Shown here: piece after piece, positions 52,376-64,000 of the stretch
How the letters are laid out: each line of letters begins with the position of its first letter
Numbering within the stretch: the first letter of the stretch is position 1
Assembly: GCA_951406725.2 (NCBI GenBank)
Contig: OX597815.1
Location: 63,922,001 to 63,986,000, forward strand
Direction of reading: 5' to 3'
DNA length: 64,000 nt
From: Octopus vulgaris
Taxonomy: Eukaryota
The notes under the pieces: generated by a model
Told to the model about the DNA's origin: nothing
Databases searched by the model: none
What the model saw: the letters and a program-made list of their open reading frames with translations, nothing else
Program-made: the position numbers and the translations under genes

Positions 52376-53031
52376 CCCACGGTACATATTACCAAATCCC
52401 ACTCGCTTGCAAGTGACCACTATTATAGTTTAATGTATATATGTCGATGGATCAGATCTGTGATAAAAATAGCCATGACCAGGACAACATTGTTTAACGT
52501 CTCGCACTGTATTTTACGACAGAATAGTACGATTTGAGGGAGATATTTATCTGCTATTTGTAAGGAGTCAAAACGACAACATGCAGAGTTTCTTTATTAA
52601 CCTTTTCCAATGTCTGGAGTTAACTGTAGAGTAAGAAGCTGACACTTGCATAAGTAAACCCTTGAAACTTTAGGATATGTATCAATATATAAGAGGAATA
52701 TGGCAAATGCAGGATGCCAACTCAAATTGCATTAAAGCGTATCCAGTATATGCATGTGCATTTGTATGCATGTATATATATGTATGTGTGTATATGTGTA
52801 TGCATATATGTATACATACATACAGACAAACATATACACATACGTGCATATGCGTATGTACGTATATATGCACCTACGTATGTGTATATGTATGTATGTA
52901 TATATGCATCTACGTATGTGTATATGTATGTATGTATGTATGTATGTATATATGCATGCATGAATATATGGATGTATATATATATATACGTGTGTGTCAC
53001 TGCGCGGTGATTGCTATAAGCTTTAAGCTTA

Positions 53032-53103
<72 letters not shown>

Positions 53104-55416
53104 GTGTGTTTGTATTCAGGTATGCGTGTATATGCATGTATTCATGTATGTACGCATTACGAATGCATGTATGCATGTAATTGTGTATGTAGGTGCATAT
53201 GTGCAGTTCTTAGGGATTTCATTTAAGATTATTCTTTTACAGAATTGAAGTCTTCAGTAACAAAGGGGCAAAGTTGTTTTGCAAAGTCAAGACAGATTGA
53301 AGCTATCTAGATTGGTTGATGTATGCATGTACGTGTGCGCATGTTCGGCGTATGGGTGTGCGTGTGGATAAACTTCAAACCGTGAATATGTATATATCTA
53401 TGTATGTTTGTATACACACGCGCGCGTGCGGTTGTGTGTGTGTCTGCATGTGCTGTATATGTGAGAGTGCATGTGTTTATATGTGCGTTTGCAACGCTGT
53501 AATCTCATGTTTGAAACAGGAAATGCTGAACACCCTTGTCCTTTGCTTCAACACCCATGACAAAGACCAATGAAGATCAACGTGTCAGATTTTCTTGGGT
53601 TTACATATGCAACTGTCAGATTCTTGTTATATAGTTAAGTTCTCTTAGGGTATTTTCCTGAACAAAATATGTCGGTCCAAAAACTATTCTCCATCATTTT
53701 ACTAGATTCCTTACTAAGTCTCACTTCGTTCGAAACCGTGACGGGTGAAAAGGTGTATCCTGTCCCCCAGGTAGTATCTGGCAATGACAACTGTTTTTTC
53801 TTGAATTTTGTTTTTTTATTATTCATTTTGTTGAAACTTGCTGATGAAGAGTGTCACAAGATAGGTTTTCAGAAACTTGTCCCAGAGCTAAATAATTATT
53901 TTCATATATGTATTTGGTAAGAGCGATTTTCCTAAGCTGTTTCACTCTGTTCCGTATTTATCATATATAATATGGTGGTGACTCTGAATATTCTAACATA
54001 TTGCCTACTATTTATCGAGTTCTTTTTAATTTTACGACTCAGATTAAACCAGCCAGAATACATTACGTTCAACACACGTGTCTAAGTACTTCTCTGTATG
54101 TATGTATACAACATTCATATATACATGAATATATAATAAAAATTATAGATTGGACTTTATGGTATATTTTCTTTCATGGTTGACAATTGTTTCAATATTT
54201 ACGAGTTATGTTTATAAACATGGCCGCTATGAATGTTCTAGACAATTCCACGGATGGCTGTGTAGATACACTAAATTGCATACATGGCTAAATCATTAAT
54301 AACGGACATGTTTATAAGCATAACGCTTGAATAGTCACCATGGAATTGAAATAAATGTCACAGCTTATCAGCCATACTGAACGACGGAAATGGAATTTTC
54401 GTATTTCCTCACATTAGAAACCATTGCCTATAGAAGTGTATCCCTCAATTGTCTTATCCCAACTGACTGACATACATTAATATACGTATATGTTATTAAC
54501 AACACCTAGAAGAAGGTGCTCCTTTTCTACTCACGAAACTGAATGGAGTTTTGGTTTGGATGAATCGTAATACCCTTTTATTGGTGGGTCAGCAGAAGTG
54601 GCTAAATTACTGCTCATCATCTCCATGTGGCTTCCGGCTTATCTTGCTCCATAATCAGCAAGAGGCTCTTTCTGTTACCTCTCCCATTCCGCACACAGCC
54701 ACCCTTTGCTCTTTTCCTCTCATATCAATGGCTCCAGCATCCTCCATACCGACTGATCATCGAATCCCCTACAGTCAACATCGACAGGGAAAAACCACGA
54801 CTGTCATCCATTCTCCCTGAAATCCCGCAGAAGGCTCTCGTATATGACGCACTTTCATTCGTTGACCTGATCACACCCTTCTTCCCATGGGACTGCAAAC
54901 TCTATTAATATTATCTTCCTTGCCTTTTCATATATATATATATATATATATATGTTCATATATATATGTTCATATATATATATAAGACAGATGGTCACGT
55001 GACCATCGTCCATCTTTCTTTTCCTTCAAGACGTCCTATTTTCAAAGAAAATATTTCTCCAGCGTTCGTTATTTTACCCTTGTTCCCATCTTTGACCTTC
55101 CATAAAACCAAATTTTATTTTGGTATTTATGGGAGCAAATGTCTTCGAAGACTCATATTGTAGTTTAGTGCTCGAAATGAGGAGCAGATAGACAACCAAC
55201 AACTGATGAACGGTCATTCTTTGGGCTACTTGTCCTGTTTTCTATTTCTTCTCTCGTTGCTTGTGTATTTAACTCATTTGTTTTCGTATTTCATGTTGGT
55301 TGGTGTTGGTGACGTCCTGTACCCATATATGCATATATATATATGTATGTGTATGTGTGCATATGTATATATATGTGTGCGTGTAGGCATAAATATATAT
55401 ATATATATTTATTTAT

Positions 55417-55466
<50 letters not shown>

Positions 55467-55609
55467 GTGTATGTATGTATATATATATAGTTAATTAGAG
55501 GAACTCAAATCCTCATTAGGGATTTTATAATTTAAAGTATTCCACTGGTTTAATCCGTATTATATAATGGAAAAGTTATTGGTAAATGTTTAGGATTTTG
55601 AAAATATCA

Positions 55610-56052
55610 ATATTGAGGGAAAATAAGAAGAAAATTGAGAATAAATGGATGTAATTACTGATTTATTTGCATGTCATAAAAAGATGACTTTTTTTGTTAA
55701 AAGTTAACTTTTAACTAGCTAATACTATACACTTCCCTCAAAAGATAAAATGATTACCTAAATTGTGTTAGCTCTTTTTGAACCCGACGAAGTCTTGCCA
55801 CAATATAGCTTGAATGTGGCAACTTCCTGGCAGTAAACAATATATTTGGAGACTCCCATCAACTAGATGGTACGACTGAAACATATACATAAGTGCTTTT
55901 TTTCTGTTTTATCTTAATTTATTTTTCTTTGAGCTTTCAACTAACAATCATTTGTAATGTTTTTTCCAAAAACAAAGTCATCATTTTATAACATGCAAGT
56001 AAATCAGTAATTACATCCATTTATTCTCCATTTTCTTCTCTTTATTTTCCTT

Positions 56053-56057
<5 letters not shown>
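55610..56057 (+). mobile_element. Fold-back element with a decayed HHR-like motif in the loop
   Basis: Inverted arms at about 55610-55690 and 55975-56057. Loop contains CCGACGA-AGTC...GACT-GAAAC-ATAT (about 55784-55886). Right end abuts (TA)n. Confidence 0.6.
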
Positions 56058-56101
<44 letters not shown>

Positions 56102-56382
56102 AGTAATGTTTATCGCCACTTCAACAAGTCTGTTTTGTAGGAATACCCGTCCGCTAGCAGAAGCGTACCCATATCAAAGAGCTCAAACCCGTACGGTTTG
56201 GCGTTCCTGTCGCTGGAAGATGGTAAGGGTTCGCTTCACTGCTTGCAATATATCGGGTGCAAAATGCATCGAATAATCAGCTGGAGGAGGCGTCCTCCAG
56301 TGGTTAAAATGGTAGTAACGTGTTCAAGTGGCGATAAACATTACTTCTCAATATAGCTACTACTTTCATCTATTATCTATCT

Positions 56383-59128
<2,746 letters not shown>

Positions 59129-59591
59129 TTTATATTACTTCTTTACTCTTTAATTATCAGTTTCACCTTCAGAACCGTGGCTATGTTGGAGCAGTGCCAG
59201 TTGCGGTTACTACCCCTTTTTAATAGTTGGTAAATACATACGCGCATACATACATACATTTATACCAAGAGATAGACAGACAGACATTCACGCACACAGA
59301 TACGCGCGCACGCACACCACACATACACACACACATCTATCGAATACAAATTATAAATAACACGGAGTGGTAAGAAAATAGCAACAGAGGTTTACGTTCA
59401 GATAAAACAGAAGAAAAATTCCTTTTATATTTTGAAAGTAGACGCTCTTCAAAAAGAACAGACTAGGAGGGCAAAATGTGGACAGAGAAAAGAAACAAAC
59501 GTGTCTCAATTATGTGTGTGTGTGCATATGCGTGTGTGTGTCCGTGCACGTGCAGGCGTGTATGTATGTATGTATAGTATGTGTATATATG

Positions 59592-59693
<102 letters not shown>

Positions 59694-60844
59694 TGAGTAG
59701 ACAAGAGAAAAGAAAGGCATTCAACACATTTATTGAGTTAGATGTATAGGTCAAGACAATTTGATTCAGACACCTTGGTACTCTGAGTTTCAAGCGTGTG
59801 GCTAATCGCATGCAATTGGAGTCTAAATGAAAGTTCGATTGAAGAGAGTCAATATTTATTACTGGACGTTAGTCTGCAATTGGTCGAAAAAGGTCATACG
59901 GTATAGCAGTTTGATATCGGTATTTCAGCGACAACAATTAGTTGGAAAATACCACATGCCGAAAAGAAAACTGGCCGCATAGAAAATCGACCGCGTGGTG
60001 ACAAGAAATCGGTCGGTGTTTGGGGAGAAGTAAGAAGGGGTGGTAGATATGAGTTTATATATTATATATGAGTATGTATATGCCCAGATATCTACGTGTA
60101 TGCATCCGTACCTGTGTGTATGTGTGCTTAGATGTACAGTTACACATCCGTGTGCGCACACACACACACACGAAGGTACACACGCGCTCACACATATACA
60201 CCCACACATATACACACAACAGACACATACACACATACACACATACACACGCATGCAAACCTTTTTCTCCAATGTCATATGCGCATGAGCACACAAGTGC
60301 ACACGTGCGCATCCATGTAGACACACGAGTGAACATTTATATATGTGCGCGCGCACGCACATTTACGCCTGCGCACACACATCCGTGCGCATACATACGA
60401 TGAGCAGATGCATATCCGCACTCACGCACATGCGCGTGCACATAAACTCGTGTGGTCACTCAAAAGGGGTAACGTACAGGGGTAATGTGAGAGTATGCGG
60501 GTAGACAGGCATGGAGAAATGTTGAGGATTGTTCATGCTGTTCATGTGGGTTAATTTGTGACGGTGACCTTGGTGCAGCTTGTAATTAGGGGTACCGGGA
60601 AAATATGTCGATAAGTGTCCACTTGATGCCAGGTGTTTCGTCTCGGAGGTCACGAAGTCTCCAGTGAAAATGCCATTGAGAAGTGGAGTTCTGTCTGTCC
60701 TTGGATCTAAATGAATGCATGTGCTGGGAATATCTTCCATTAAAGTCATTGGCTGTATGCCCGTCTAGTGCTTAGTAATGCGCTCCGACGGTCTAAGGGT
60801 GTCTCTGTATACTACAGCCTTTGAGAGGCAGAATCTTCCTAGAA

Positions 60845-61125
60845 GATACGTAAGCTTCTCAGAAAATCTGCTTCTGGCCAAAACATATTTGTAGCGGGGG
60901 CGGGATTTTTAAAGATGTCTATTTTGCCTGAGAGTTTAGACACTCGTTTGCCAGGTTTCTAATAACTGCGGGTGTTGGGTTGAGCTCTTCTTGTAGGATT
61001 AGTCTTTGCCGATGTTCACTCTACGGTTACGATAAGAAAAAACCGACATAGTTTGGTAGTAACCGTTATGAACAGGCCGAACTCTTTGAATATTTTTATC
61101 AAGTCCTTCCTGAACGTTCATTCAG
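60845..61125 (-). pseudogene. Decayed Penelope-like reverse transcriptase fragment
   Basis: Minus-strand pieces [21 protein letters not shown] and GKRVSKLSGKIDIFKNPAP..YKYVLARSRFSEKLTY resemble the post-YxDD and thumb regions of Penelope-type RTs. Confidence 0.55.
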
Positions 61126-61187
61126 ACGCCAATGGCCGCAGACTAACCACACGCTCGAAACCAAGAAGTATGAATCAAACTGTTTTG

Positions 61188-61254
<67 letters not shown>

Positions 61255-61310
61255 CGTCTGTCTGTCTGCATGTCTGTATGTATGTATGTATGTATGTATG
61301 TATGTCTATG

Positions 61311-61375
<65 letters not shown>

Positions 61376-61686
61376 CTCTCTCTATATATATATATTTATA
61401 TATATAAAAACTTACTTGGAGGAAACGAAACGACGCGAGGGCGCTCAGTCATACAATAGTGTAATAAATAAAATATATGCATACATACATACATATATGT
61501 ACGTACCTACATCTACATGTATATATACATGCATATATAAATATATATACGTGAGTACAGGACACCACAAATAGACGTAGAACTCAACGAGAAACGAAAA
61601 CGTAAAAACATCAAAATGTGACTGCGTGTGTACCGTTGGCGATTTTTTCCTCCGTCTTCCCTTCTTTGGATCTTTTCTTTTCCTAT

Positions 61687-61721
61687 GTTTCTGACGAAGA
61701 GCTCCGCTCGAAACGTTAAAC
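61687..61721 (+). ncRNA. Minimal type I HHR with canonical CTGACGA core, in element 61616-61825
   Basis: GTTT-CTGACGA-A-GAGC-TCC-GCTC-GAA-ACGT-T-AAAC. Confidence 0.65.
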
Positions 61722-61847
61722 CCTCCTTCTTTCCTTCTTTCCTGAGCGTCCAATAATACTATACTTGTTACACGTCGTCGCGTTGTTGTGTTTTCTGTTT
61801 GTGTTTTCATGTTTGGATAAACTATATATATATATATATATACACAC

Positions 61848-61882
<35 letters not shown>

Positions 61883-61980
61883 TACACACACGAGTAAGCA
61901 AATAATACTTAAGGTAGAGAAATATGCATTTTATTAAAGCTGCAAAATATTCACAAAACGGTTACTTAGAGTTTCATGTT

Positions 61981-62010
<30 letters not shown>

Positions 62011-62020
<10 letters not shown>

Positions 62021-63159
62021 TTAGAGACAAAACCACTATTTTGCAAAACAAACAAGGAAAGACTTAATCGATACATAAAATTTTAATAAAAAGTCAAAAA
62101 AACCGCCACTACAATTGTTTCTTGTCTTGATCGTATATGTTGAGTATATGTTGAGGTTTATATGTATGTATAGGTATGTGTAAGTGGGGTGGGTATTTGT
62201 ATATGTCGTGGGTGTGTGGTTTACGTGTGTGTATTTGTGTGTGAATGTTTAGGTTAGGGGGATTGCTATATAGGTATGTTATAGAGTTTAGTAAAGGGAG
62301 ATTTTATCATTATATGTTTTATGAGTTTTGGTTTATCATGGTAGTTTTGTTAAGGAATTCGTAGTAATTTGTGTCTATTTGCGATGTCTGTTGTTTTATT
62401 GCATTATTTCATTCATAATTTTTAAGTAGTGTTCGTTTTACCAAGTGAATATAATTTTTAATTCCATTTATTCCATTTCTCCGTTCATAATTTTAAGTGA
62501 TGTCCGTTTCTAGAGCGGGAATGTGGGTTGTATGTGTGTGTGAGGGAGTATGAATAAGTATTGTGTTGAAGTATTTAGCTATTTTATTTATTTATCGTTG
62601 CCTAGACGTTTTTATGTGTATGTATAGGGATATATATATAGGTGTGTGATTTAGTGTATGTATTTAGATATGGTTATATATAATTAGTTATATGTGTATG
62701 GGTGTATATATAGTTTATTTTTTGTTTTGTTTTATATTTTATATTTTATATTTTATATTTTATATTTAATTGTTGATAGGTTTATTTTAGTTTATATATT
62801 GTTTATATATTGATTATATATGGATTATATATAGGTTATAAATAGATTATATATTTATATTTTTTCATTAATACTTTAATTATTTTAAAATTATTATTTT
62901 TATATTTTAAAATATTGATATTTTAGATTGGAAGTCCACCTGAAGATTGTCGATCAAGACAAGAAACAATTGTAGTGGCGGTTTTTTTGACTTTTTATTA
63001 AAATTTTATGTATTGATTAAGTCTTTCCTTGTTTGTTTTGCAAAATAGTGGTTTTGTCTCTAATAATATTATATAATATTTTACTATAAAATTGGATTTA
63101 ATCCTAAATCTGATTTTTTCCCTGTAAATTTGGATTTATTCCCTAATATTTATTATTAT

Positions 63160-63170
<11 letters not shown>
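62011..63170 (+). mobile_element. Non-coding Penelope-like element with inverted arms
   Basis: 123-bp inverted repeats at 62011-62133 and 62951-63073. G/T-skewed spacer of about 820 bp. 3' extension. (TA)n on both sides. Confidence 0.78.
62936..62978 (+). ncRNA. Canonical type I hammerhead ribozyme
   Basis: CCAC-CTGAAGA-TTGTC-GATCAA-GACAA-GAAAC-AATT-GTA-GTGG: all three stems pair. Predicted cleavage after A62974. Confidence 0.85.
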
Positions 63171-63233
<63 letters not shown>

Positions 63234-63516
63234 ATGTATACGTATGTATATATGTATTTATGTATTTATGTATGTATGTATGTATGTATGTATGTATGTA
63301 TATACGTATATATATATATATGTATGTATGTATTTATGTATATATTATTTTTCAATTTTTGTTTTAAGCATTGTCATTAGACTGGGAGACCACACTGAAG
63401 AATTTTATAGGCCCCAGTACCTTTCTTACAGCATGGTACTTATATATATGTGTGTGTGTGTGTGTGCGTGTGCAAACACTCACTCTCACAGACAAATAGA
63501 CTTACATACACGCGCG

Positions 63517-63561
<45 letters not shown>

Positions 63562-63657
63562 CTATACATATATATGTAAACATGTATACATATATATATA
63601 TCCATCTCTGTTTCTGTATTTCCTGATATATATATATATATATATATATTAGATATA

Positions 63658-64000
63658 GGGTAAGACATTATTAATTTAATAATTAACAAATTCCACCAAG
63701 TAGCTTCGGTATGGAAAAAAACCTTTATCGGTAAAAACTCATACAAAAAGTTTTTTTATAGTTAGAAATATAATTAAGGGTTTAGCAGAAAGTTGCTTCA
63801 CCACATAGCAAAAATTTAGAAATAGCAGTCAAACACCGCTAATTCTTTTAACTACAATATAACTCCACAGACCGCAATACTCGTAACTCACATAGGCAAA
63901 AAGAAAAAAAAAGTATCGAAATCAACCATTCTTACGATTAATCATGTACGCGTTTCGGGATTAGAATTTTAAAATTCAGTTCAAGATTATAAATTTGAAA
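63658..64000 (-). mobile_element. Probable further pLTR-like element cut by the window edge
   Basis: Minus strand AATCCC-GAAAC-GC-GTA-CATG (63943-63962) is an HHR 3' half. Left end abuts (TA)n. The CUGANGA box would lie beyond 64000. Confidence 0.4.

Noticed and set aside
59774-59796. GAAAC-TCAGA-GTA half motif on minus (similar at about 61960-61980)
   Set aside because: No CUGANGA box or stem I partner nearby. At most a truncated remnant.

Overview
Eukaryotic, AT-rich, microsatellite-saturated DNA with no recognisable host exon. It is probably intergenic or deep intronic. The SINE families and repeat landscape suggest an octopus or other coleoid cephalopod (inference, not verified). Nearly all ORFs in the track are artefacts of (TA)n/(CA)n/(TATG)n/(GATA)n repeats. 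All real coding remnants are transposon-derived: a Tc1-like element (2112-3386), a mariner (20336-21563), two 5'-truncated copies of one L1/Tx1-like LINE (8719-11946 on -, 56383-58946 on +), a Penelope-like element with a GIY-YIG ORF between inverted pseudo-LTRs (40733-42725), and a decayed Penelope RT fragment (about 60.8-61.1 kb). The window also holds three tRNA-derived SINE families, hAT, piggyBac-like and mariner MITEs, and a non-autonomous Helitron. The most striking signal is missed by the ORF track: more than a dozen hammerhead-ribozyme (HHR) motifs, intact or decayed. They lie in several sequence-unrelated short non-coding elements, mostly fold-back, that abut (TA)n tracts and share the architecture of the Penelope pseudo-LTR. 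Several carry a recurrent CCGACGA (U4C) core, long stem-II insertions, a possibly permuted topology, or a 5'-terminal E-box. Two further retroelements appear to target microsatellites: the Tx1-like LINE in (TATC)n/(TC)n and a 551-bp element in (AAT)n. All structures were read by eye; no folding or database search was run.
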